Source: Chrysomallon squamiferum
Taxonomy: Eukaryota > Animalia > Mollusca
Direction: 5' to 3'
DNA length: 64,000 bases
Assembly (NCBI GenBank): GCA_012295275.1
Contig: CM022667.1
Location: 14,756,001-14,820,000 of the forward strand
The notes beneath the pieces are model-generated. The model saw only the letters and a list, made by a program, of their open reading frames with translations. It ran no database searches and was not told where the DNA came from. Shown in pieces: positions 1 to 11,255 of this stretch. Both the position numbers and the translations under genes were made by a program. The stretch's first letter is position 1; every line of letters starts with the position of its first letter.

Positions 1-117
1 ACACGTTGGTGGAAGTTGTGTTCTGGCACCGTCAAAATGTCCGCTGGCTAGGAAGCCTACCAGTGTCAGTGTTACGGATGGAAAAGTGGACCAAAACCTT
101 GGTGGTGCTGGTTTTAA
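1..117 (+). pseudogene. Macin copy 1, 3' part only (5' end outside window), with a 1-nt deletion frameshift
   Basis: Reads HVGGSCVLAPSKCPLA, then 'gctaggaagcc' where copy 3 has 'gctagggaagcc' (one G missing). Restoring the frame gives AYQCQCYGWKSGPKPWWCWF-TAA (115-117). A macin-type 3'UTR with AATAAA follows. The deletion could be a homopolymer sequencing error. Confidence 0.8.
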
Positions 118-929
118 GACAAACACCGAAAATTTTACATCAGTCAAAATAAAAGAAGCAGTGAAAACCTAATCAATAAATTTAACAAATGAAAAGAAAA
201 ATTATTGTTTTTTTGTACAACACTCCAGTTTTATCTACTAAAAATATTTTTAATTCTTCTCTATGAGGAACAGGTGATTGAATTATTTCACGTTTTCTTA
301 ATCGTTTCTAGAATAGGGCGATGACAAAAACTGTATATTTATAATGTAAGAAATTCGTTTCATTGAATATTTATATATATATATATGATACGAGTAGTAA
401 TAATAGTTAGTAAGACTAGCAGTAGCTTTAGTAGAAATAGTAGTAGCAGTTGTTGTGGTGGTGATTGTTATAGAACCTTGAACATGAACGTGAAAAGGAA
501 ATATAATCATCTCGTTCTACAGAGATAGAAAACTTGAACATTTTTTATCTGATCTTGAACACAAATTTTGGCAGACATAGCAAATCATCAAACTTACATA
601 AGTCAAATGCATTAGAGACAGCAAAAAATTATCATTTATATTGAGACTTGAAAAGTGAACGAAGCCGTGTAACCGGTCGCCATGCTGTCGTTTCAGTCGT
701 TTTATCTCTTTGACGTATGTCCTTTTTTCCATGTAATTTTCAGCTGGAGTTATGGAAGGAATATTTCTGTAAAAGAAGACAAACCTTGGTTCCATTTCAG
801 AAGATCTGTTGTTCTAGGACTCAAATATCAGATGGTTGTCTGTCATTTCAATGTTCTGTTGTTAACGTTCTCTAAATGGCTTTAACAGTTTCAAATGACT
901 AATTTGTAAATGTTGGTCTTGTTTTCAAA

Positions 930-1000
930 GAAGTTTTATCCAGGCTGAGAATCCTTTATTCGGATTTCGAAATGTGTCCGGCTTTGGAATACTGTTGATC
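930..1000 (+). mobile_element. Degenerate pogo/Tigger-like MITE end (also ~6190, ~17215, ~24805; related sequence ~54460-54540)
   Basis: 'caggctgagaatcctttattcggatttcgaaatgtg' resembles, from memory, the CAGGTTGAG.ATCCCT.ATCCGAAA terminus of Tigger-type MITEs. No partner TIR was identified. Confidence 0.35.
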
Positions 1001-1184
1001 CTCGATTTCAGATATAAAACGTATTGTAAAGCATATAAATACCAACAGCTCTCCCCAGAAAAAAAAATAACAGTATTTAAAATACAATGCTAAATATTAC
1101 CTTATCATAGAAAATAAGGTGCTGAGTACTACACTTTCATTAGCAGTGGAAATATTTGATCACTATCGAGATACTGAGACAGAC

Positions 1185-1188
<4 letters not shown>

Positions 1189-1243
<55 letters not shown>
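1189..1243. repeat. (AG)n microsatellite
   Basis: Direct dinucleotide run. Homologous, longer runs occur at 6453-6647, 17486-17560 and 25076-25150. Confidence 0.95.
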
Positions 1244-1245
<2 letters not shown>

Positions 1246-1440
1246 AAATAACTTAAAAGTGTCACATGACAATAAAACATTTTATGATACATTATTTACA
1301 TAAATGATATTATTATTTATCCTATTAGGTTCATAAGACACAAAAAACATTTTAACACATCTAATTTAAAAAAAAAAGAGTAATAATAATAAATAAAGGA
1401 TAGTAATATCATTATAAAAACGCACACATTTCCAGGGACT

Positions 1441-1483
<43 letters not shown>

Positions 1484-1938
1484 CTTTGTTGTTTTTTCTC
1501 TCAGGCTCTGTCTTTCACTCTTTCTAAATCTCCCTCAAACAAATAATGCATATAAAAAAAAAGCATTTATCCATGCTGAAAGATGCAGTATAAATTACTA
1601 ACACCAGTAACGACAATGAAACAACGAACCGACAAAACAAACAATGAATCAAACAAACAAACAAACAAACAAAGAATAAATAAATAAATAAATAAATCCA
1701 TAAAACGAAATTAAACAGTAGTGGAATATAAATAAACAAACTGACAAACAAATAAACAAAGAATAAATAATTAAATAAAGAAGTAATAACAGGATACAAT
1801 TATTTTTCGTTCAAATAATAAATAATTGCTACAACAGCAACAAGACGTGCAATGTAATACGAGTAACATAAATCTACTCAGTGCAGGTTTTGTTTCTTTT
1901 TTCATTGCGGACATGGCGACTTAATTAGGTCAATTCAA

Positions 1939-2260
1939 ATTGCATAAACGTTTCCGCAATCGTCGCACTATTCAGTCCTTCTAAACACTCATTTTACACA
2001 GTCGATATATTTTTTGTGTCTTTTTGTTTCTCCTTTCTTCTTCACACAGATACACACTACAGCGTGTCAACAGCTGCAATATTTGCCTCATGCTTCCCTG
2101 TCGTTTGAAACTAATTTGCTTCTACAGACTGCTTCAGATTGATGATACGGAAATCCGTGACTAAACATTTTATAATTTCGTTGTAAACAAGTTGAACATG
2201 AATTCCAGGAAAGATGCATCCTGGACCAGAACACAATAAATAGCATCGACCATCAACAGT
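1939..2260 (+). promoter_or_regulatory. Candidate promoter of macin copy 2 with immune-type TF motifs
   Basis: ATTGCATAA (1939) and TTTCCGCAAT (1951) are C/EBP-like; GGAAATCC (2149) is kB-like; TTGTAAACAA (2181) is a Fox site; TTCCAGGAA (2203-2211) is a STAT/GAS consensus. ATAAATA (2236) is TATA-like and is followed ~20 nt later by ACAGT (Inr-like). These are short motifs in AT-rich DNA, so function is inferred. Confidence 0.45.
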
Positions 2261-3077
2261 ATTTAGAATTCAAACTTGGCTCCTTCATAAAGCAATAAGG
2301 TAAGAAGATTATTAATTTTGTATTTCCATTTTTCTTTTCTTTCTTTTTTTTCATTTGTTATTATACTTTATTATTAATTAATAGTGGACAGCAACACAGA
2401 TAAAAGGTAGATTGACAGTAGCACATTTAAACTGTTTCTGTGTATAAGTAAATATAGATGTTTATTTAACACATGTATCTGAATCTCTCTCTCTCTCTTT
2501 CTCTCTCTCTTGTCTATCTATCTACGTATCTACTTACCTATTTATCTGTCGATGCATAATTTAATTCTAGCCTAAGCAGTACTAGTTAAAGCACAAAATA
2601 TAAGTGCAAACAATAATTCAATTGCTATTGTTAACATTAAGTCTTCAGTTTAACTACTACAACTGAACTCTCATCGGAAATTCTAAAACTGTTTTTCAGT
2701 AGCCGAGATATTGATGCCTTACAGCCACACACACACACACGCACACACGCACACACACACACACACACATTTAAAAAGATTTATATTTCTTACAGAGAGT
2801 AAGTGTATAGATTATTTATATATTAAAACATACATAAAAATATGTGTATGTGTGTTTTAATATATACATAACCTAAACACTTACTCCCTGTAAGGAATGT
2901 AAATCTTTTTAAATGTTTAGATTTATGTTCTACTATTAGGCTACGCCATTAAATTTTAAAATTTAAACCTGAAGTATTCCACTATGTATACGTGTGTCCG
3001 TGTTTGTGTAAGTGTCTGTCTACTTGTTTCATACTTGTTTCATCCTTCTAGTTTTCCTTTCTCTCGTATTATTTCAG
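2255..3077 (+). other. Predicted non-coding exon 1 (~2255-2299) and 5'UTR intron (2300-3077) of macin copy 2
   Basis: Donor AAG|GTAAGA at 2300. A polypyrimidine tract and TTTCAG| acceptor end at 3077, 19 nt before the ATG. The same acceptor is conserved before copies 4-8. Confidence 0.6.
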
Positions 3078-3096
3078 GTTTATACAAAACACAAAT

Positions 3097-3402
3097 ATGG
3101 CTTCGTTGACTGTTATGTCTCTGCTGCTAGGCGTGGTCGTTCTGACCATGTTGCCAGCCATACCTCAAGTCGAGGCTAACATTTTTACCGAGTGCTGGAA
3201 GACGTGGAGCAGATGTAGCCGCTGGAGTTCCGCTGGAACCGGAATTCTATGGCAGACATGCTCACAACGATGCCAATGTAAAGGACGCGCTGGTGGAAAT
3301 TGTGTTCTGGCACCATCAAAATGTCCGCTAGCTAGCGAAGCCTACCAGTGTCAGTGTTACGGACGGAGAAGTGGACCAAAACCTTCCTGGTGCGGGTTTT
3401 AA
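3097..3402 (+). CDS. Macin-family antimicrobial peptide precursor, copy 2 (type A, 10 Cys)
   Basis: Hydrophobic signal peptide ending VEA. Mature peptide NIFTECWKTWSRCSRWSSAGTGILWQTC..RC matches the hydramacin-1 pattern (CWETWSRC..WS..GTG.LW..C..RC), plus the extra Cys pair seen in theromacin. Single coding exon; AATAAA at ~3431. Confidence 0.93.
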   Translation: MASLTVMSLLLGVVVLTMLPAIPQVEANIFTECWKTWSRCSRWSSAGTGILWQTCSQRCQCKGRAGGNCVLAPSKCPLASEAYQCQCYGRRSGPKPSWCGF

Positions 3403-4199
3403 GTGACACTGACCGTTTTACATCAGTTCAAATAAAAGAAGCAATGAAAATTATTCTTTTTATTAAGTACAAGCTAATAAATCAACTTAACAAATGAAAA
3501 GAAAGAAAATTGTCTTTTGTACAGCACTCCAATTTTATCCGATAAAATATTTTTAATTGTTACATTTTAAATACTTACATTTATGTAAGTATACCATATC
3601 ATTATTTGTATTTCTCTGGTATAAAGTCTATACTATAAGCTGCAACGATGGAGATTATCTGAAAAGGGGCAGTGAAAAAAATTAAAGGTTATATCTTTTG
3701 ATGCACACACTGTGTCTTGATACACATTTTGTGTCTGAATGTCCGTTAAATTGATGGTCAGCGGTGAATAAACTATAGGTTAAGTTACTACTGCACTGAC
3801 CATTCTTTTCAGTGAAAATAAAATTATTTTTGTTAAATATATTAAATGAAAACATCAGGTAATTATATCAAATAGTAATAGAATGTTATACTGAAGAAAA
3901 AATTTCACGTTCTCTTTTTTATTTACGTAATTATACCATACAATTATTTTTATTTCTGTGGTATAAAATCTATACTCCAAGTCGAAACAACAAAAAGTTA
4001 TTTGAAATAGGGAAGTGAAAAAATTAAAGGTTATATCCTTTAATACACATCTGCTGTTTGGGTACTCTTTTCTTATAAAGTTTTGTCAATATGCAATTTT
4101 CATAAAACCTTCTATGAGCAAGCAGGCGGGACCTATGTCTCCTCTTTTTACACTTCAAGATTTTATCTCTTAACAATTACGTATCTTATTTTTATTTCT

Positions 4200-4495
4200 T
4201 ATTTTTCTAACGGAATACAAGCCTTCATACTTCTCAATGAATATTCTAGAAAAATAACAAGATCTTTATGCAACAAATTATCCGGAAAATTAGATTTTTT
4301 TACAATAAAGTCAAAATTTTCCTCTATTATATCTATATTTGTCATCAATTCAAACTCCTTGCAGATAGATACAGATAGCACAGACCACTCTAAATGTTAC
4401 CTGAATGTTTCACACTGAATGTATCACAGATCATCTGACTGGAGTTGCAGTATCCTTCTTTATCTTTTACTAACTGATTTCTCTAATAGAACGAG
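4200..4495 (-). pseudogene. Duplicated fragment of the CENP-N 3' end and 3'UTR
   Basis: 4431-4457 nearly matches 49133-49159 (last codons KDTVTPVR-stop, minus strand). Flanking sequence matches ~48870-49220. Confidence 0.8.
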
Positions 4496-5238
4496 CAATA
4501 TTTTTACTTCCTCTGTAGTTAAAATCTACCTCAAAACTAAACATATATGTATGGATGGATGTATATCTATATATTAAATGTTACTACATTATTGTAGACA
4601 AGAGGGTTACTTCACAAAATTGTCTGAAAATACTTTTCACCTCCAGATCAAAGCAGAAACTATATAATCATCAGAAAGAAAATATCGATGTTTTCTCGAG
4701 TTTTTATTGTTAGTCTTTGCTTTGTTTTATTATGCATGTGAAATTAAGCAAGTGCAAGAGAACTATCACCTCAGTGTAATGAAAAACATTTTTGAAAGAA
4801 ATAAAAATGTTATGAAAGTATTAACTTCTACAACATAAAAGTTCATTCTTTAGCACTGAATACACACACACATACACACTCACACATACACACATAAATA
4901 CATATTTAATCACAACTATTTATCAATGTATCTCATTATGTTTTTAGTTTTTATTCACTTTAATGCATTCACATGTTTCACTGGTTTCTGTTTGAATGAC
5001 AGTGTTTTTATTAATTATATCTTTATTACACAACCAGAAAGCATATCCATCACAGTTTTAGTGTCTCACAAAGTGTATTACTGACACTATTCACACGTAT
5101 ATATAGTGAAATTAATCTTTATCTCAGCTTTCGTAAATATGGAAAACATTTAGAACTCAAGCACAGTTATCCAGAATTTTTCATTTTCATAAAGAGAAAG
5201 GGTGAGATAATTACTAATTTTCTATTTCCTTTTTTCTC

Positions 5239-5407
5239 TTGTTTCTTGATATTATTACTACTCGAACTGTTGGAAAAACACAGACACATACACACACGCA
5301 CGCACACATATACAAACATACATACATGCATATATAGATATGTGTGTGTGTGTGTTATGTGTGTATGTTTTACTAACAGTTCGAGTAGTAATAATATGAA
5401 GAAACAA
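5239..5407. repeat. ~170 bp imperfect palindrome immediately upstream of macin copy 3
   Basis: The left arm ttgtttcttgatattattactactcgaactgtt.. is the reverse complement of the right arm ..aacagttcgagtagtaataatatgaagaaacaa. The inner (CA)n and (TG)n tracts also pair. Confidence 0.85.
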
Positions 5408-5483
5408 CCTATATGTTACGCAGTACAAGAAATATACATATTTTTGTTTATGCTTACATTTAAATATAGCTTCTTTGACTGTT

Positions 5484-5771
5484 ATGTCTCTGCTGCTGGG
5501 CGTGGTCGTTCTGATCTTGTTGCCAGCCATTCCTCAAGTCGAGGCTAACGTTTTTGCCGAGTGCTGGAAGACGTGGAGCAGATGTAGCCGCTGGAGTTCC
5601 GCCGGAACCGGATATCTGTGGCAGACATGCGCACAGAGATGTCAGTGTAAAGGACGCGCTGGTGGAAGTTGTATTATGGCACCGTCAAACTGTCCGCTGG
5701 CTAGGGAAGCCTACCAGTGTCAGTGTTACGGACGGAGAAGTGGAGCAAAACCTTCCTGGTGCGGGTTTTAA
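5484..5771 (+). CDS. Macin copy 3 (type A); original start codon mutated ATG>ATA (5466-5468), second Met at 5484 available
   Basis: 'aaatATAgcttct' versus 'aaatATGgcttct' in paralogs. From 5484 it reads MSLLLGVVVLILLPAIPQVEA plus an intact 10-Cys mature peptide ending KPSWCGF. The usual acceptor and intron are absent upstream. Confidence 0.8.
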   Translation: MSLLLGVVVLILLPAIPQVEANVFAECWKTWSRCSRWSSAGTGYLWQTCAQRCQCKGRAGGSCIMAPSNCPLAREAYQCQCYGRRSGAKPSWCGF

Positions 5772-6448
5772 GAGACACACGGAAAATTTGATATCAGTTG
5801 TAATAAAGGAAGTGAAAATCATTCTTTTTATTAAGTACAAGCTAATACATCAACGTAACTAATGAAAAGAAAGAATATTGGGTTTTTTTGTACAGCACCC
5901 CAATTGTATATATTTTACTTCAAGCAGCCCATATGCCCTTTTTCCATGTAATTATCAGCTGTAAAAGAAGACATCTTCTCACACATCATATTGATATCAC
6001 AAATAACGTACACACATCTTGCATTTCAGAAGGTCTACTGTTCTTGGACACTAATGTCAGATAGTTGTCTGTCACAGTGATGTGGTTTCAATTTTCAGTT
6101 GTTAACGTTGTGTAAGTGGCATTCATGTGTGGATTTAACATTTTCAAATGACTAATTACTAAATGTTGGTCTTGCTTTCAAAGAAGTTTATCCAGGTGGA
6201 GAATCCTTTATTAGGATTTCGAAGTGTTTTGGTTTTTGGAATACTGTTCCGCCGCGATTTCAGGTATAATATATGTAATAAAGTATAGAGACCATCTCCT
6301 CTCTCCAGAAAAAAAAGAAAAAAAAAAGAACAGTATCTAAAACAGAATGCTACATATTACTTTATCATAAAAAATAGAATGTTGTATATTGCATTATCAT
6401 TAACAATGGAAATATTTATTCACTACTGAGATTCAGCGACAGTCAGTC

Positions 6449-6544
<96 letters not shown>

Positions 6545-6553
6545 AGGGAGGGA

Positions 6554-6649
<96 letters not shown>

Positions 6650-7006
6650 AGACAACAACGAGAACGAAATCTGAAGATAATAAAGCTTTTACCAGGAGAA
6701 TAATAGAAAAGAATCCTTGTATGGTAAATTTTGACAGTGAATGTAGCATGTGAAGTGAAATTATTACAGGGTCATTCTTACAGTAGGGTCCTAATTTGTA
6801 GCAGTCAAAATACAGACCATGATTGGTGATTATGTCAGTTCCATCTAATAAACATCTTTTTATGTGCCAGGGCGGTTTATAGGGGAGGGTCACACAAAAT
6901 GATTAAATTAATTTTATATTTAATATTATTTCTTTTATATAAAACTGTTGTAATTGAATATCAACTTAATAGCACACACATTTCAAAACAATAATTGTAC
7001 TAGTAC

Positions 7007-7038
<32 letters not shown>

Positions 7039-7699
7039 ACAATAATAATAATATCTGCCCTACCTATAGAGCCATATGGTTTAGTAGTAATCTTATTAGT
7101 TTTGTTTTGTTTATAAAATTTTGTTCCCAAATTCTCATCAAGCCACAGATTTACCATGAAAGAAACATTATTAATGTATTATATGTGTTTATTTCAGTTT
7201 GTGTGTCTGTGTCTGTGCATGGGTGTGCGTGTGTGTTTGTGCTGCAGAACTGTTTTAGTAAAAATAAGTTTTATGGATTATGTACATACATACATAATAC
7301 ATACATACATACATACATACAAACATATATATATATATGCATACACACATACACATATAGACATAGAACGATATATATTGTCATGATAATAATCTATATA
7401 TTTGAGTATTTATATATCTCTCTCTCACTGCATGTATATATATTACCTAAAAACATCAAGTAATTCTTTGACATAGTTATATAGTGAAGAAAAGGTCGTA
7501 AGTCAGTCTGCTCGTATATCAAATCAATTTTCCCAAACGAAATTAATTGAAATACTATTAATCCGTTCCAGCCCCCCAAAACCACTCCATTATTTTATTT
7601 TTTTTTTAAATTTCTAAATAAGAAAAATGTATATTTAGATGACAAATATTGTATAAAAACAAAACAAAAGAGAATGTAAAGAAATAAATTGTTTTTGTA

Positions 7700-8159
7700 A
7701 AGTATAAAGGGATAGGGTTTGTCCATGTTTTGATGGACAGAGATCCGCAGCTTAGAAATCATTTTAACGCTGGAGTTACAGCCTTTATCGACTCTTTCTG
7801 CTTCAGTATTTCACACATCGTAAAGTACTACGCTGCTACTGCCTAGCCATGTTGACTACACGCACACCTCGCTCATATGTTTCTGTGATTTCATGCTATC
7901 ATTCAATGGACATCATCCGCTTCTTCTTCTCAAAACTGTCCCTTTCCCTCACTTTCCTAGGATCCATGGCAATGTGGCAAAATACTGCATAAAACGTGAC
8001 CACAACACAACAGAGATGTTTCCACGGCGAGGTAACCACAGGAAGCAAACGTGTGAGACGCTGGATGCTGGCTGAATGTTGAGTTGAATCGACAGTGTGA
8101 GCGCTCGTAACTCGGAAAACTCGTAAGTTGGGGCACACGTAACTCGAGGTATCACTGTA
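7700..8159 (-). mobile_element. Tc1/mariner-pogo-like DNA transposon remnant, one terminus (copies end at 19109 and 26677)
   Basis: GC-richer block ending ..cgtaactcgaggtatcactg|TA(TA)n. Its reverse complement TA|CAGTGATACCTCGAGTTACG is a typical pogo/Tigger-type TIR with a TA target, and there are three subterminal cgtaa(ct/gt) repeats. The other end was not found and the left boundary is approximate. Confidence 0.6.
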
Positions 8160-8837
8160 TATATATATATATATATACTGAAATTTATGGAAGCTTCTAT
8201 TCCGTCAAAAAGGAAAAAATAGAAATAAAATAAAGAACAATATATAAAATATATATATCAGTATAATTTCACGATAAATACTGTAATACTGTCAGTAACA
8301 CACTTTGTGAGACAATAAAACTATGATACATATGCATTCCGGTTGAGTAATAAAAATAAAATCAATAAAAACACTTTCAGTTAAACAGAAAGCAGTGAAT
8401 CACGTGAAAGCATTAATGTGAATAAAAAACTAAAACTATAATGAGATACAATGCGCATATTCATAAATAATTGTGCCTAAATAAAACATTTCTGACAGTA
8501 TTCAAAGGTATTTGTAGTGAAATTACTGTTTGTTGCAGCTTTAGTGAATATTGAAAACATTTAGAAGTCAAGCTCAGGTATTCAGAATGTTTCATTTTCA
8601 TAAACCAAGAAGGTTACATAATTATTAGTTCTCTATATCCATTTTCCTCCTGTTTCTTCGTATTATTACTAGTCGAACTGTTAGTATCACACTCTCTCTC
8701 TCACACACACACATACACATACAAACACACACAAATTTTACAGTGAATATGTATGTGTTTGTTTGTAAGTATGTGCGTTATTCTTACACGAAATTTACTA
8801 TTTTATTTCTTACGTATTCATCTTTTATTATATCATT

Positions 8838-10480
8838 ACTGGATTACTTTCTTGTATTTCCAAATATTTTTTGATATAGTATTAGATGCTAAAATAATAA
8901 TGCCGTATAGATCTGACTATAATGCGATTAAAATAACATGTAATTTTACTAATAAAGAATGCGGTAGAGGATATTGGAAATTTAACAACTCCCTATTAAA
9001 GGACCCATCTTATTGAAGTCACATTAAAAATATAATAAAAGACACTAAAAACCAGTTAAAAATGAAGCTGTCCAATTGATAAGTAGTGCTGATTTAAATT
9101 TTAAGATGTCGGTATCATTATTTTTTGAAATATTGTTAGTACAAATAAGAGGTAAAACGATACCGTATACTACTTGGAAAAAACGTCAGGAGTTAAAAGA
9201 CGAAACTGACTTAGAAACAAAAATATCTACTAGTGAAAAATACATAAATACTAATTTTCAGAACATAGATGAAAATATTTTTGATGAACTGCAAGAAGCA
9301 CAACGGAAATTAGAAACTATCAGAGATAATAAAACAGAAGCTGCATATATACGGTCAAGACCATAGTCACTTCAATTAGGCGACAAGCCAAGTGCATATT
9401 TTTATTGTTTAGAAACTAGAAATTATGTTTCAACGGCAGTTTTAAAATTAGAGACGCCTACAGGAATAATTACTTCGACAGGAGAAATATTAAACGAGCA
9501 GAAGCGTGTTTACCAGTCATCATACAGCTTTAAAAGTGTTTCGATTAAACATGTTAACGACCTGATTAACACAGAAACTGCAAATAAATCACAAGGTAAA
9601 ACATGTATGCAGGAGATAGTATAGACGTTAAAAAAAATGAAGATTAATAAAAGTCCAGGTGTAGATAGATTTACGACTGAGTTTTCCAAATTCTTGTGGA
9701 CAGATTTCGGTGACTTTGTTTTAGAAAACTGTAAATGAAGGGTATTATAAGGAAGAGTTGTCTGTATCACTTAGAAGAGGGGTAATTACTTGTATTCCAA
9801 AAGCAAATAAGAACAGACATCTTTTAAAAAACTGGAGACCTACATCACTGTTAAATGTTATTTATAAACTAGCATCCACCTGCATAGCAGCCCGAATAAA
9901 GGCAATTTTAAATTGTATTATAAATGAAGATCAGAAGGGATTTGCAGAAAGACGCTTTACTGGGGAACATATAAAGACACTGTATGATATTTTATTCGAA
10001 AGTAAAACTAATAACATACCAGGACTAATACTTTTAATTGATTTTGAAAAAGAGTCTAATTCTGTATCAATGCAATTCATAACCAAAACTTTACAATATT
10101 TTTATTTCGATCCATCAATTCGTAGATGGGTTTCTACGTTTTACAATAATGCAACGGCATACATTTTACAAAACGGACATCTCTCCGAACCCTTTAACAT
10201 AGAAAGAGGTTGTCGGCAAGGAGAACCCCTTTCACCATATTTATTTATTTTATGTGTAGAAATTCTTGGAATTCTTGTCCGGCCAAACCTTCTAATTAAA
10301 GGAATTGATATATGGGGTTTAGAATATAAAACTGGACAAGTTGCTGATGACTCTCAATTGTATTTAGATGGATCTCCTTCCTCTCTTAGAAATGCAATAC
10401 ATACTTTAAATATTTTTAGAGACATATCGGGCCTGAAAATAAATTTAGGAAAAACAAAAACTATTGGTTTAGGTCCCATG
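8838..10480 (+). mobile_element. Decayed L1/Tx1-clade LINE ORF2 fragment (end of endonuclease to RT)
   Basis: Motifs LDYFLV, YRSD, GYWKFNNSLL, KSPGVD, NWRPTSLLN..YK, LIDFEK, GCRQGEPLSPYLF, VADD, SGLKINLGKTK. Multiple stops and frameshifts; truncated at both ends. Confidence 0.9.
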
Positions 10481-10949
10481 TGGCAGATAAAGCACTAAAT
10501 GCAAACAATAATTCAGTTGTCATTGTTAATATCAAGTCTTCAGTTAAACTACTACAATTGAACTCTCCCCGGAAATTCTGAAACTGCTTTTCAGTAGCCG
10601 AGAAATTGGTGTCTTACATCTACATACTCACGTACACACACACACAACCACAACCACACACACACACACACATATATGCAAGTATGTATGTATCTCTATA
10701 TAAATCTATACCTAAACACTTACACCCTGTCAGGAATATAAATCCTTTTAAATGTTTAGATTTAGATTCTACTATCAGGCCATCCGATTAAATTTTAAAA
10801 TTTAAACCTGTAGGATTCTAGTATGTATATGTGTGTGTGCGTGTTTGCGTACGTGCCTGTCTGCTTGGTTCATAGTCGACTTATGTATTCCTTTCATCCT
10901 TTTATTTTCCTTTCTCTCGCATTATTTCAGGTTTACACAAAACACAAAT

Positions 10950-11255
10950 ATGGCTTCTTTGACGGTTATGTCTCTGCTGCTAGGCGTGGTCGTTCTGACC
11001 ATGTTGCCAGCCATAAAACAAGTCGAGGCTAACATCATTACCGAGTGCTGGGAAAGGTGGAGCAGTTGTAACCTCTGGAGTTCCGCCGCAACCGGATCTC
11101 TGTCGCAGACATGCGAACAACGATGTCAATGTAAAGGACGCGCTGGTGGAAGTTGCGTTCTTGCACATTCAAAGTGTCCGCTGGCTACCGAAGCTTACCT
11201 GTGTGAGTGTTACGGACAGAGAAGTGAACCAAAACCTTCCTGGTGCAAGTTTTAA
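10950..11255 (+). CDS. Macin copy 4 (type B)
   Basis: Acceptor TTTCAG| at 10930, ATG at 10950, signal peptide, and 10-Cys mature peptide NIITECWERWSSCNLW...KPSWCKF. AATAAA follows. The ORF-track extension to 10833 is intronic. Confidence 0.9.
   Translation: MASLTVMSLLLGVVVLTMLPAIKQVEANIITECWERWSSCNLWSSAATGSLSQTCEQRCQCKGRAGGSCVLAHSKCPLATEAYLCECYGQRSEPKPSWCKF

Noticed and set aside
3078-3402. Macin copies as LINE-made retrocopies because the CDS is intronless
   Set aside because: Copies retain upstream intron sequence, the acceptor and long 3' flanks, and have no poly-A tails or target-site duplications, indicating DNA-level duplication.
5554-5862. Alternative-frame or antisense ORFs over macin and LINE sequence (also 10980, 29545, 40298, 43665, 9510, 14187)
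   Set aside because: Shadow frames of real coding sequence with no independent support.
6443-7463. ORFs with SLSL, ERER, HTHT, YIYI, poly-S or poly-N runs (also 17250, 24996, 30733, 39728, 40031, 45284)
   Set aside because: These are translations of microsatellites.
7893-8155. Three overlapping short ORFs repeated in each unit
   Set aside because: They lie in a DNA-transposon remnant; their conservation reflects recent duplication and no protein motif is recognisable.
10833-10949. N-terminal extensions of the 140-aa ORFs (also 29398, 34124, 43523, 40213)
   Set aside because: They start at non-ATG codons within the polypyrimidine tract upstream of the splice acceptor, so they are intronic.
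9758-11255. Reverse transcriptase next to a variable gene as a diversity-generating-retroelement-like system
   Set aside because: The RT is a truncated L1/Tx1 LINE with stops, frameshifts and VADD at the catalytic motif. There is no template/variable repeat pair, and macin differences are not adenine-restricted.
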